A model generated the notes under the pieces. The model ran no database searches. It was not told where the DNA came from and worked only from the letters and a program-made list of their open reading frames with translations. Source: an uncultured Methylomirabilota bacterium (GTDB taxonomy: Bacteria; Methylomirabilota; Methylomirabilia; Methylomirabilales; 2-02-FULL-66-22). Taken from it: a stretch of 64,000 bases of DNA. Where the stretch lies: assembly GCA_963705305.1 (NCBI GenBank), contig OY970067.1:209714-273713 (forward strand), given 5' to 3'. How positions within the stretch are numbered: position 1 is the first letter of the stretch; the number at the start of each line of letters is the position of its first letter. The translations under genes were made by a program, and so were the position numbers. Of this stretch, positions 36,501 to 45,692 are shown piece after piece.

Positions 36501-36595
36501 ATAATCCGTCCCCTGCGGACGGACGGCCGTTAGGCGAAGTAATCTTCTTGGCGGATCGCACCAATCTCGGTTCAGCACCCCAGGGAGGCGGTTGA
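33535..36595 (+). CDS. MrfA/YprA-like DEAD/DEAH helicase with DUF1998 Cys cluster, fused to a C-terminal RNase H-like exonuclease domain; apparent frameshift near 33800
   Basis: GTG 33535 overlaps the upstream stop (GTGA). Frame 1 encodes ...LYTHQVEALEHARAGRDV; frame 2 continues LVVTGTASGKSLAYQLP, DELH, DUF1998 CPCESGCPSCIHSPKCG, then LDLETQR...FNIRRFDFTVL...YCKADVE. Confidence 0.8.
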
Positions 36596-36601
36596 CGCGA
36601 G

Positions 36602-37222
36602 ATGATGGATTACAAGACGATTCAGCGTGCTTACGCCATGCTTTCGCCGGTCTACGATTTTCTGTTCGATAAGGTCTTTTATCCCGGGCGGGTGGAGGCC
36701 GTCAAGCTGTTGGAGATCAAGCCGGGCGATCGGGTCCTGGAGGTGGGCGTGGGCACCGGCCTGAACCTGCCCCTGTACCCAAAGAACTGCGAAATCGTCG
36801 GCATCGATATCTCGGAGGGGATGCTCAAGAAGGCCTGGGAGCGGGTGAGGGACCTGGACCTCACCAACGCCACGCTCACCGTGATGGACGCATCCAAGCT
36901 CGAGTTCCCCGACAACAGCTTCGACCGCGTCATCGCCACCTATGTCATCAGCGCCGTGCCGGATCCGGTGAAGACCCTGCTGGAGATGCAGCGGGTGTGC
37001 AAGCCGAACGGCCATCTGGTGATCTTGAACCATTTCAAGAGCGAGAATCCGATCATCGGAGCCTTCGAGAAGATGCTGGCCCCGGTGTGCACCCGGATCG
37101 GCTTCCAGACCGATTTGAAGCTGAAGCCGCTCCTGGAACGGGTGTCCCTGCGCCCCGAGCGGCTGTATCGGGTCAATTTGCTGAACGGCTGGCGTCTGGT
37201 CCGCTGCATCAATCCGCAATAG
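36602..37222 (+). CDS. class I SAM-dependent methyltransferase
   Basis: SAM-binding motif VLEVGVGTGLNLPLY; 206 aa. Confidence 0.8.
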   Translation: MMDYKTIQRAYAMLSPVYDFLFDKVFYPGRVEAVKLLEIKPGDRVLEVGVGTGLNLPLYPKNCEIVGIDISEGMLKKAWERVRDLDLTNATLTVMDASKLEFPDNSFDRVIATYVISAVPDPVKTLLEMQRVCKPNGHLVILNHFKSENPIIGAFEKMLAPVCTRIGFQTDLKLKPLLERVSLRPERLYRVNLLNGWRLVRCINPQ

Positions 37223-37359
37223 GCGGATAGACCACCCGCCTTGGCGAAGGCGCAGCTCCACGACCGACGCCCCGGAGAGTCCCCGGCCGCTGGTGGGGAG
37301 CGCTGGCTCTGCCCCAGGTGCTACTGCCCGGGGCATTTGTTTCTGCGGAGAGAGACCCC

Positions 37360-38586
37360 ATGGCGATGAAATTGATGAAGGCCTTCATCTCTCTGGACGA
37401 GGGGATGCGCATCCTGCTGGAGTGCGTGACGCCCGTCTCCCGGACAGAGCGCATCCCGCTGGGCCAGGCCGCCGGCCGGGTGCTGGCGGAGCCCGTCGTG
37501 GCTGGGATGGACGTGCCGCCGTTCCCGCGGGCGGCCATGGACGGCTATGCGGTCATCGCCCAGGACACGTTCGGGGCTGGGAATTTCAACCCAGCCCGCC
37601 TACGGCGGATCGAGGTGATTCACGCGGCCGAGATCGCAGAGCGCGAGGTCGCGCCGGGAACCTGCATCCAGGTGGCCACCGGCTCTCCCATCCCGGCGGG
37701 GGCCGACGCCGTGGTCCAGGTCGAGGACACCGAGCTGGAGGGAGACTCCCCGGCGGAGGAGACGATTAAGGTTTACAAGCCGGTCTATCCGCGCCAAAAC
37801 GTCTCGCCCCAGGGCCAGGACATCCAGGCCGGGTGCGAGGTCCTGCCGGTCGGCATTCAACTGCACCCCAGCAAGATCGGCGTGCTGGCCGCCCTGGGCA
37901 TCGTCGAGGTCGCGGTCTTCGCCAGGCCGGCGGTGGCCGTGATCCCCTCGGGCAACGAGATCGTGCCGCCGGGCGATCCCCTGGTGCCCGGGAAGATCTA
38001 CGATATCAACTCCTACACCCTCTCCGCCCTGATCCAAGAGCAGGGGGGGACGCCCAGGCTCTTCCCCGTCATGAAGGACACGCTGGAGGACGTGCGCCGC
38101 ACCCTGCGCGAGGCCTTGGCCTGCGACCTGATCGTCCTGTCCGGCGGAAGCTCCGTCGGCGAGCGGGACGTGATGGTCGAGGCGGTCGAGGGCATGGGCG
38201 AGGTGAAGTTCCACGGGATTGCGGTCAAGCCCGGAAAGCCCACCCTCTGCGCCCTCGTGGAGGGAAAGCTGGTCCTGGGGATGCCGGGGTATCCCACCTC
38301 GTGCCTCACCAACGGCTACGGCTTGCTGGCTCCCGCCCTGTGGAAGCTGGCCCGTCTTTCTGCGCCCCGGACGGGCGGCGTGGAACTGCCCATGTCGCGC
38401 CGGTACACCTCCACCATCGGCCGCCACCAGTTCCTGCCGGTGCGGGTGGAGAGCGGCGAGGTCGTCCCGGTCTTCAAGGAGTCCGGGGCCATCACCTCCA
38501 TGGCCAATGCCGAGGGCTACATCGAGATTCCAGCCAACGTCGACCTGGTGGAGAAGGGCGAGAAGGTCCGGATAACGTTCTTCTGA
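37360..38586 (+). CDS. moeA: molybdopterin molybdotransferase
   Basis: MoeA-type sequence (PPFPRAAMDGYAV, LSGGSSVGERD, GIAVKPGKP). ATG 37360. Confidence 0.85.
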   Translation: MAMKLMKAFISLDEGMRILLECVTPVSRTERIPLGQAAGRVLAEPVVAGMDVPPFPRAAMDGYAVIAQDTFGAGNFNPARLRRIEVIHAAEIAEREVAPGTCIQVATGSPIPAGADAVVQVEDTELEGDSPAEETIKVYKPVYPRQNVSPQGQDIQAGCEVLPVGIQLHPSKIGVLAALGIVEVAVFARPAVAVIPSGNEIVPPGDPLVPGKIYDINSYTLSALIQEQGGTPRLFPVMKDTLEDVRRTLREALACDLIVLSGGSSVGERDVMVEAVEGMGEVKFHGIAVKPGKPTLCALVEGKLVLGMPGYPTSCLTNGYGLLAPALWKLARLSAPRTGGVELPMSRRYTSTIGRHQFLPVRVESGEVVPVFKESGAITSMANAEGYIEIPANVDLVEKGEKVRITFF

Positions 38587-38596
38587 GGAGGTGGCC

Positions 38597-39130
38597 ATGC
38601 ATCGCAACTGGTGGCTGCCGGTCTCCGCCATCGGGGCCGCGCTTTTGACGCTGCCCGTGCTGCCCGCGGCGGGCGCACCCGCCCAGGCCGGTCCCCCGAC
38701 CTACCAGATGGAGGTGTTGGGGGTCGCGCCCGATCCGCAGTCCGGCGCGCCCGTGCTCTTCCTCCGGGCAAAAGAGGACAAGCGGCAGCTGTCCATGTTT
38801 ATCGGCCCCTTCGAGGCCCAGGGAATCGTGCTGGCCCTGGAAGGGAGCCGGACAGAGCGGCCGTACACCCACGAATTGATGCTGGAGGCGATCCACCGCC
38901 TCCAGGCCAAGGTGAAGCGCGTGGTGATCACCGGAGTCAAGGAGGATGCCTTCCTGGCCGATCTGGTCCTGTTGAACGCGGAGGGACGGGAAGTCGTCTT
39001 GGACGCCCGCCCCAGCGATGCCATCGCCCTGGCCCTCCGGGAGGGGGCCCCCATCCTGGCGGCCGAGCCGGTCTTCGCCCACTCCCAGAGCCCGCGCGAG
39101 TCGCAGCCGAGGCGGGGGAGCAGGCTGTGA
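38597..39130 (+). CDS. bifunctional nuclease (BFN/DUF151) family protein with N-terminal signal-like segment
   Basis: FIGPFEAQGIVLALEG...RPYTHELM...DARPSDAIALAL. ATG 38597 with GAGGAGG RBS. Confidence 0.75.
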   Translation: MHRNWWLPVSAIGAALLTLPVLPAAGAPAQAGPPTYQMEVLGVAPDPQSGAPVLFLRAKEDKRQLSMFIGPFEAQGIVLALEGSRTERPYTHELMLEAIHRLQAKVKRVVITGVKEDAFLADLVLLNAEGREVVLDARPSDAIALALREGAPILAAEPVFAHSQSPRESQPRRGSRL

Positions 39131-40053
39131 GGCGCTGGGCTATCGGGCTGCTCCTGGTCGTGCTGTCCGCCACGACGGGAGTGGCGGCAGAGCCCCCGGC
39201 CGAGTCTCCGCCGCCGCCCGCCAAGATCGACCCGCAGATGCAAGAGGCCATTCAGCGCTACAATGCGGGGGTGGCGGCCCTGCAGCGGCGCGACCTGGAC
39301 TATGCGCTCTATCAGTTCCGGCAGGCCGTCCGCCTGAATCCCGCCATGGTGGAGGGCTACCACAACCTGGGCATCACCCTGCTGGAGCTCCGCCAGTTCC
39401 CCCAGGCCATCGAGGCCTTCACCCACACCCTGGAGCTCGATCCCAACCACATCGAGGCCCGCCTGGGCCTGGGCATGGCCTATCGCGGCAACGGCAATTT
39501 CCACCGCGCCATCGCGGAGCTGACCCGCGTGCTGCCCTCGAAGGCGGATGATCCGCAGGTCCACCTGGCCCTGGGCGACCTCTACCGGAAGATCAAAGAG
39601 CCCCAGCTGGCGATCGACCAATTCCGCGAGGCCGCACGCCTGAACCCCGACGACGCCTCGGCGCAGTTCCAACTGGGACTCGCCTGCGCGGATGCCGGCG
39701 AGATCGACCCCGCCATCCGGGCCTTCCAGGCCGCCGCCCGCCTTCGTCCAGAGGACGCCGACTCCTACTTCAACCTCGGCGTCGTGATGGGAAAGAAGAT
39801 CCGCAACCTGGTGGACGAAAAGGTCGAGGCCTACCGCCAGGCCGTGGCCCTCCGCCCGACCCAGGCGGACGCCCATTACTACCTGGGGGTGGCCTACATC
39901 GAGAAAGCGCAGCTCAGCCCGGTGGAGGAGAAGCGCGCCCTGCTCCAGCTCGCCCTGGAGCAGTTCCGGCTGTTCCAGCAGTACGCGCCCGAGGATCCCA
40001 AGGCCGCGGCGGCGGCCCACAACATTCGGGTGCTGGAGCCGCAGACGAAATGA
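39127..40053 (+). CDS. tetratricopeptide-repeat protein with signal peptide
   Basis: GTG 39127 overlaps the upstream TGA. It has repeated TPR units (A..Y.LG..Y....P..AI..F..A..L.P). Confidence 0.7.
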   Translation: MRRWAIGLLLVVLSATTGVAAEPPAESPPPPAKIDPQMQEAIQRYNAGVAALQRRDLDYALYQFRQAVRLNPAMVEGYHNLGITLLELRQFPQAIEAFTHTLELDPNHIEARLGLGMAYRGNGNFHRAIAELTRVLPSKADDPQVHLALGDLYRKIKEPQLAIDQFREAARLNPDDASAQFQLGLACADAGEIDPAIRAFQAAARLRPEDADSYFNLGVVMGKKIRNLVDEKVEAYRQAVALRPTQADAHYYLGVAYIEKAQLSPVEEKRALLQLALEQFRLFQQYAPEDPKAAAAAHNIRVLEPQTK

Positions 40054-40113
40054 GCCGGGCGGGCGGGACGCCCGCCTGAGCCGATCGGGGCAAGGCGCAC
40101 ATTGGAGGCGGCC

Positions 40114-40641
40114 ATGGGCTCCGCCCTCCTGATCACGGGCCCACCGGGGGTTGGGAAGACGACCCTGGTCCGCAGCCTGGTCGCCGAGCTGCCCGTGCGG
40201 GCGGGAGGGTTCTTCACCGAGGAGATCCGCGAGAACGACCGGCGCGTCGGGTTCCGCGTCACCAGCCTGGACGGCCGCACGGGGATGATGGCCCACGTGA
40301 AGGGCGGTGCGGGACCCCGGGTCGGACCCTACTACGTGGACGTGGCGACCTTCGAGGCCGTGGGGGTGGCGGCCCTGGAGGCCGCCGCGCGCGACGCCGA
40401 CCTAGTCGTGGTGGATGAGATCGGGAAGATGGAGTTGTGCTCCTCCCGCTTCATCGCCACCCTGGAGGCCGCGCTGGCCTCCCCCACGCCGATCCTGGGG
40501 ACGATCCTCCAGGCCCCCCACCCATGGACGGACGCGCTGAAGCGACGCCCCGGCGTGGATCTGTACCGGCTCACCTCCCGCAACCGCCAACACCTGCAGG
40601 ACGCCCTGCTGGCCCGGCTGACGACGGAGGCCGCTTCGTGA
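40114..40641 (+). CDS. NTPase (THEP1-like nucleoside-triphosphatase)
   Basis: Walker A ITGPPGVGKTT and GFFTEEIRENDRRVGF. ATG 40114 with GGAGG RBS; the ORF-track start at 40102 is TTG. Confidence 0.75.
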   Translation: MGSALLITGPPGVGKTTLVRSLVAELPVRAGGFFTEEIRENDRRVGFRVTSLDGRTGMMAHVKGGAGPRVGPYYVDVATFEAVGVAALEAAARDADLVVVDEIGKMELCSSRFIATLEAALASPTPILGTILQAPHPWTDALKRRPGVDLYRLTSRNRQHLQDALLARLTTEAAS

Positions 40642-41561
40642 GCTTGCCCTTCGGCGGCCTGGTCACGTTCGTCCAGGTCCCCCGCTACGATCCGGGCGAA
40701 GCCCCCGCCCCCCAGGCGGCGGTCCTGGGGATTCCCACCGACGAGGCCACCACGCAGCACCCGGGCGCGCGCTACGGCCCTCGGGCCATCCGGGACGCCT
40801 CCACCCAGTTTCCCTACTTCAAGCGGGGAGGCGGATACTTCGATCCCGAGCGGAGCCGTCCCATGCTCGCCGACCTCACGCTGCGCGATGCCGGGGACGT
40901 GGAGATCGTTCCCACCCTCCCCCGCGAGAACGGCGCGCGGATCGCCGAAGCGGCCGCCGCGCTGCTGGGCCGCGAGATCTTCCCCATCTGTCTGGGCGGC
41001 GATCACAGCGTCACCCCGCACATCCTGACCGCCTTCGCGCTCATCCCCGTGCACCTGATCCAGATCGACGCCCACATGGACTTCGTGGACCGGCTGGGCG
41101 GGGCTTCGGCCACGCACGCCAGCCCCATGCGCCGCGCCCGCGAGCTGCCCCAGGTGCGCAGCCTGACCCAGATCGGCATCCGCAGCATCGTGTCCGGGGC
41201 CGAGGATTACGACGCCGCCCGGGCGGCCGGGAATCGCATCATCACCTCGGCCCGGGTCCTGGAGGGACGGGAGGGGGACTGGTGCGCCGACCTGGAGGGG
41301 GACGCCTACCTCACCATCGATATCGACGCCTTCGATCCCGCCGCCGCCCCGGGGACCGGTTTTGCCGAGCCGGGGGGCTTGCAGTTTCGCGACGTCGTCC
41401 GTCTGGTGCGGACGCTCGCGTCCCGGCTCCGTCTCCGGGGCATGGATCTGGTCGAGGTCAACCCCTACCTGGATCCCAGCCGGCGCACCGCCGTTCTGGC
41501 TGCCCGCACGATTCTCGAAGTGCTGAGCGGGGTCTTCGATCCGCCGATCCCCCCTGCCTGA
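40638..41561 (+). CDS. agmatinase / ureohydrolase (arginase family) protein
   Basis: Mn-binding motifs GGDHSV, DAHMD and DIDAFDP. GTG 40638 overlaps the upstream TGA. Confidence 0.85.
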   Translation: MSLPFGGLVTFVQVPRYDPGEAPAPQAAVLGIPTDEATTQHPGARYGPRAIRDASTQFPYFKRGGGYFDPERSRPMLADLTLRDAGDVEIVPTLPRENGARIAEAAAALLGREIFPICLGGDHSVTPHILTAFALIPVHLIQIDAHMDFVDRLGGASATHASPMRRARELPQVRSLTQIGIRSIVSGAEDYDAARAAGNRIITSARVLEGREGDWCADLEGDAYLTIDIDAFDPAAAPGTGFAEPGGLQFRDVVRLVRTLASRLRLRGMDLVEVNPYLDPSRRTAVLAARTILEVLSGVFDPPIPPA

Positions 41562-41562
41562 C

Positions 41563-41792
41563 GCGAGGGCGCTGGGGAGCGGGGGCGAGGGGGCGCACCG
41601 CTTCGCTCGGGCGCAGAGGCGCTGGGGAGCTCCGGAATTCAAAATTGGAGAACACGTATCTCACGCAAAGCACGCAAAGGTCGCAAAGAGAAGCTGAACA
41701 GGAAGGTGGATTACAGAACCACTGACTACTGACCCCTGCCTACTGGAAATGGCGATCTTTGCGTGAGATCAGGCTCGGTTTCTTCCTCACGG
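41563..41792 (+). repeat. R-family mosaic repeat, copy R3
   Basis: Same orientation and modules as R1. G4 motif GGGCGCTGGGGAGCGGGGGCGAGGGGG at 41567-41593. Confidence 0.8.
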
Positions 41793-41874
41793 TCGCAGCT
41801 CTTGCTCCGGTTCACCGGTTCCCCGGCTCACCGATTCGCCGCACGGGAGCCACCGCAGGAGAGCGCACTCTGGA

Positions 41875-42828
41875 TCAGGGCGCGCCGCCCCCGGTGAATT
41901 CCCGATCGGCCAGTTCGGCCGCGTAGCGGGGGAAGACGCGGCGCACGGCCGCCAGGTCCTCGGCCCAGAGGAAGCGGGGGAGCATGACCTTGGTGAAAGC
42001 CCGGCTGCCGACGAATTGCACGCCCGCAGACGCCACGGGGTGCCCGTCCGGCGTCACGACCATTGCCTGCGTCTGCCACACCCGCTCCTTGGGATCGTCC
42101 GTTCGCACCGCGGACCGCACCCCCAGTGCCAGCAGGGGCGCCTCGTGCGGCACCGGCGGCCCCAGCAGGAGCGACACTCGGTTCGACAGCCCGCACTCCC
42201 CCTGACGGAGCGCCCCCAGCCACCATCCCAGCTCGTCGCACACGATGGCAAAATACCCGGGAAAGAGGCTGCCGTCGCGGCAGCGAAAGTGGCCCTGGGG
42301 CGCCAGCCGCTTCCACATGAACTCGTCATTGTACGCGAAGCGGATCTGGGCCCCCCGCGGGTTGCGCTGGCCGCACCCCAGGCAGAATTCGTAGGCCGGC
42401 ACCTCGAACGCGTCGTGGCGGGATGCCTCCCAGCCGCGGGGCGCCTCCGGCGCGGGGGCCGGGAGCGAAGCGGCTCCCGGAGAGATCTCCGCCTCCGCGA
42501 TCGGACTGCCGTCGCGCAGGATGCGACTGACCCATCCCGCCGGTGTGGCTGCCGCCTCGACCTCCAGAGCCGTCTCCAGCGGAAGCGCCCGGTGCAGCGT
42601 GACATCGACGCGAAGCGGTCGGGGCAGAACGACCTCCCCGCCCCGCTCGCCCGCCAGGAGGCGCACCAGCTCCACGAGCATGGCGGCCACTCCGCCCCCG
42701 TGCCCCGTCTCGGGCGGGCCCTGGAGGTCGGACGGAAACTGCACCCGGGCATGCAGCTGATCCGACCCCATCGCCGTGGCGGCGAGGCAGTTGCGCAGGT
42801 ACTCTTCCATCGGCTCACCGCTGGCCAT
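41875..42828 (-). CDS. hotdog-fold (PaaI-thioesterase-like) protein
   Basis: GPPETGHGGGVAAMLVEL resembles the PaaI HGG region. GGGAGAAGGA RBS. The function call is tentative. Confidence 0.45.
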   Translation of the reverse strand: MASGEPMEEYLRNCLAATAMGSDQLHARVQFPSDLQGPPETGHGGGVAAMLVELVRLLAGERGGEVVLPRPLRVDVTLHRALPLETALEVEAAATPAGWVSRILRDGSPIAEAEISPGAASLPAPAPEAPRGWEASRHDAFEVPAYEFCLGCGQRNPRGAQIRFAYNDEFMWKRLAPQGHFRCRDGSLFPGYFAIVCDELGWWLGALRQGECGLSNRVSLLLGPPVPHEAPLLALGVRSAVRTDDPKERVWQTQAMVVTPDGHPVASAGVQFVGSRAFTKVMLPRFLWAEDLAAVRRVFPRYAAELADREFTGGGAP

Positions 42829-42840
42829 TCCTTCTCCCGT

Positions 42841-43266
42841 TCAGCCCCCGCTCGGCGAAGCGGAGGACGCCGGCTGCGCCAGGGACCGGATGTATGCCAC
42901 GATGGCCCCGATCTCCGCGTCGGAAAGCTTCATCCCCCAGGCCGGCATGGCGTTGGATCGGCCGAACTGGGACCCGCCCTTCTTGATGATTGCCGCCAGG
43001 AACGCGTCGTCCACCTTGCGCATGGCGGCGGCATCGCTGAAGTCCGGCAGGCGCTGCCCGATCACCGCGGCGGCTGGACCATCCCCTTTCCCCGACCGGC
43101 CGTGGCACTCGGCGCAATGCTCGGCGTACAGCGCCCGCCCGCCGGGAGACGGGCCGGGGGCGGATCCGTGCCGGCCGCTCAAGAGCGCGGTGCCCCCCAT
43201 GATCGCGCCCGCCAGGCCGGCGGCCGCCAGCAATCCGATCAGGGTGCTTCGTCCGGGACGCTGCAT
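42841..43266 (-). CDS. c-type cytochrome (class I, monohaem) with signal peptide
   Basis: Haem-binding site CAECH plus a distal Met region (SNAMPAWG). Confidence 0.8.
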   Translation of the reverse strand: MQRPGRSTLIGLLAAAGLAGAIMGGTALLSGRHGSAPGPSPGGRALYAEHCAECHGRSGKGDGPAAAVIGQRLPDFSDAAAMRKVDDAFLAAIIKKGGSQFGRSNAMPAWGMKLSDAEIGAIVAYIRSLAQPASSASPSGG

Positions 43267-43329
43267 GCGCGCTCGAGGCCTCCCGACGCGAGAGCAGCGG
43301 CCGGCGCCCGCGGCGGGGGACGCAGGCCG

Positions 43330-43524
43330 CTAGCCCTGCTTGACCGCCATCTCTGCGCGCACGTATCCGAGGGTCCGGAGGTATTTCTCCCCCTCGGCCG
43401 ACTTCAGGAAGGTCACCAGGTAGTCGCCGAGGTTTCGCAGCATGTGCGGCGGAATCACCGTCGGGGTGCCAAAGGCGTTCCACACCGTGATCATGTGATG
43501 CAGGGTCTTGACGTCGTCGGTCAT
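43330..43524 (-). CDS. hypothetical small protein
   Basis: ATG 43524 with CAGGAGCGG RBS; 64 aa, no recognisable domain. Confidence 0.35.
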   Translation of the reverse strand: MTDDVKTLHHMITVWNAFGTPTVIPPHMLRNLGDYLVTFLKSAEGEKYLRTLGYVRAEMAVKQG

Positions 43525-43665
43525 CGTCTCGCCGCTCCTGTCTTGAGTTGCGTCGCCGTTCGTCCGTGTCCGGACACCGTGGAATCTCGCCTCCATCCGC
43601 CTGGAGGGCTGCCTCGGCGAGGCTACGCAAACCCGCTGCGGATGTCAAGGATCGCCTTCCGGGCC

Positions 43666-43816
43666 CAGCAGGCTGCTGAAAAAGGCCCATCTGCGGCGTT
43701 GACGCGCTCCCGCGACGCTGCGACGTACGCGTAAGTACGCCTCGCGTCTGCACCCATCCTCACGGATAGGTACCCGGCGCGTCGCCTTGCATCTGGACCT
43801 TTTTGAGCAGCCTGGG
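43666..43816 (+). repeat. K-family palindromic repeat, copy K1
   Basis: Ends CAGCAGGCTGCTGAAAAAGGCCCATCTGC / GCATCTGGACCTTTTTGAGCAGCCTGGG are inverted repeats. The interior matches the reverse complement of 47451-47623. Confidence 0.7.
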
Positions 43817-43842
43817 GGGAAAGCGGGTTTCTCGGCATCCTA

Positions 43843-44853
43843 CTAACCCGGAATCCCCACTACCTTGCACAGCAGGTAGGCCGCCGCGCCGATGGCCGCA
43901 GCCCCGGGAACCGTCAAGACCCAGGCCCAGACGATGCGTCCGGCGACCCCCCAACGCACGGCCGAGAACTTGCGCACGGACCCCGTGCCCACGATTGCCC
44001 CCGTGATCGTGTGGGTGGTGGAGACCGGAATCCCCAGGGTCGTCGCCAGGAACAGCGAGGCGGCGCCGCTCGTCTCCGCACAGAAGCCTCCGATGGGCGC
44101 CAGCTTGGTGATGCGCATACCCATCGTCCGCACGATGCGCCAGCCGCCGCTCATGGTTCCGAGCCCCATGGCCGCGTGACACGACAGGACGACCCAGAGC
44201 GGGATAGGCGCGTGCCCCCCGCCCGGCGCGTACTGGTAGAGTCCCTGGGAGGCCAGCGCCGCCACGATGATCCCCATCGTCTTCTGGGCGTCGTTGGCCC
44301 CGTGGCCGAGCGAATAGAGCGCCGCGGAGACGAGCTGCAGCTTGCGGAACGTGCGATCCAGCGGCCCCGGCGCATGCCCGCCCAGGAAGAACACCAGGGC
44401 CCGCATCACCAGGACGGCCAGCCCCAGGCCGAGCATGGGGGAGACGACGATGAACGCCACGGTCTTGAGGAAAAAAGGGGCGTCCAAAGAGCCCACGCCC
44501 GCCTTCACGATAGCGGCCCCGGCCAGCCCGCCCAACAGGGCGTGGGAGGAGGAAGTCGGCAGCCCCCACAACCATGTCAGCAGGTCCCAGACGATGGCTC
44601 CCGTGAGTCCCGCGGCCACCAGGGTGAGGGTCACCACGCTGGGTTCGACCCCTTTGGCGATGTTGGACGCCACCCGGGTCTCGAAGACCAGAAAGGCCAC
44701 GAGATTGAAGAAGGCCGCCCAGACGACCGCGATCCGGGGAGTGAGGACCCGTGTGGAGACCACGGTGGCGATGGAGTTGGCGGCGTCGTGAAACCCGTTG
44801 ATGAAATCGAACACCAGGGCCAGCGCGATGATGGCGATCAGCGTCAGCGTCAT
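43843..44853 (-). CDS. inorganic phosphate transporter, PiT family
   Basis: FDFINGFHDAANSIATVVSTR signature. The ATG overlaps the upstream stop (ATGA). Confidence 0.85.
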   Translation of the reverse strand: MTLTLIAIIALALVFDFINGFHDAANSIATVVSTRVLTPRIAVVWAAFFNLVAFLVFETRVASNIAKGVEPSVVTLTLVAAGLTGAIVWDLLTWLWGLPTSSSHALLGGLAGAAIVKAGVGSLDAPFFLKTVAFIVVSPMLGLGLAVLVMRALVFFLGGHAPGPLDRTFRKLQLVSAALYSLGHGANDAQKTMGIIVAALASQGLYQYAPGGGHAPIPLWVVLSCHAAMGLGTMSGGWRIVRTMGMRITKLAPIGGFCAETSGAASLFLATTLGIPVSTTHTITGAIVGTGSVRKFSAVRWGVAGRIVWAWVLTVPGAAAIGAAAYLLCKVVGIPG

Positions 44854-45470
44854 GAGTACTCCAGAACCAGTCCCCCGATCTGGTCTGCGACGTCCTCGCA
44901 CCGATCCAAGGCCGTCTCCAGATGATCGTAGACCTCCCGCCACTTCATGACCTCGAGCGGGTCGTTCTCCCTCCGGTACAGCCTGCCCAGGACCTGCCGG
45001 TACAGCTCGTCGCCCTCGTTCTCGATCTCGTTGAGGGTCTCGCACAGCTTGAGGATCTCCTCGGATCGCTTCATGTCATTCAGGAGGCTCACGGCCTGAT
45101 GCATTGCCTGGGACGCCACCAGGATGAACCGGGCCATGGCCACAGCCTCCGGCGGGGTCGTCTGAAATTCGAAGAGCAGCACCCGCTTGGCCGTAGCATG
45201 GATCAGGTCCAGCACGTCGTCCAGCCGCGAAATCAGATCCTGGATGTCTTGCCGATCGAAGGGGGTGATCCAGGTTGCTCGCAGCGTGCGGACCATATCG
45301 TGCAGGATCTTGTCCCCCTGGTGCTCGTCCGCCTCGATCTGCACGGGCAGATCGGCGCGGGTGGGATGCTCGAACAGCTCCAGGAGCATCGCCGCCGCCC
45401 GGGCCGTCAGCGCCGCGTGCTGGCAGAAGGCATCGAAGAATCGCTGGTCGACTCTCTTGGGTCCCCACAT
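44850..45470 (-). CDS. DUF47 (PhoU-like, TIGR00153) protein, usual partner of PiT
   Basis: FFDAF..HA......A..L..L and a C-terminal helical pattern; translationally coupled to the PiT gene. Confidence 0.8.
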   Translation of the reverse strand: MWGPKRVDQRFFDAFCQHAALTARAAAMLLELFEHPTRADLPVQIEADEHQGDKILHDMVRTLRATWITPFDRQDIQDLISRLDDVLDLIHATAKRVLLFEFQTTPPEAVAMARFILVASQAMHQAVSLLNDMKRSEEILKLCETLNEIENEGDELYRQVLGRLYRRENDPLEVMKWREVYDHLETALDRCEDVADQIGGLVLEYS

Positions 45471-45692
45471 TGGCTTGTCCTCATGTCTGATGTTTCTTCG
45501 CCCTTCCACGGATCGCCCGGAGGCACCCAGCACAGCTGGGTCGAGCGCGCCCCGCCTGCCGACCTCGGCGCCCGGATCGGAAGCCCCGACCGCGCGACAA
45601 CGCTTGACAGATGCGAGACCGGAAGCCTAATCTGCAGGCCGTCAGCCGGACATGCGCCGGCCTACTCTTTCCCTCTGGATGGAGCGTCCGAC

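Noticed and set aside
37223-37359. Moco riboswitch upstream of moeA
   Set aside because: I did not find the conserved Moco-motif elements in the 137-nt leader.
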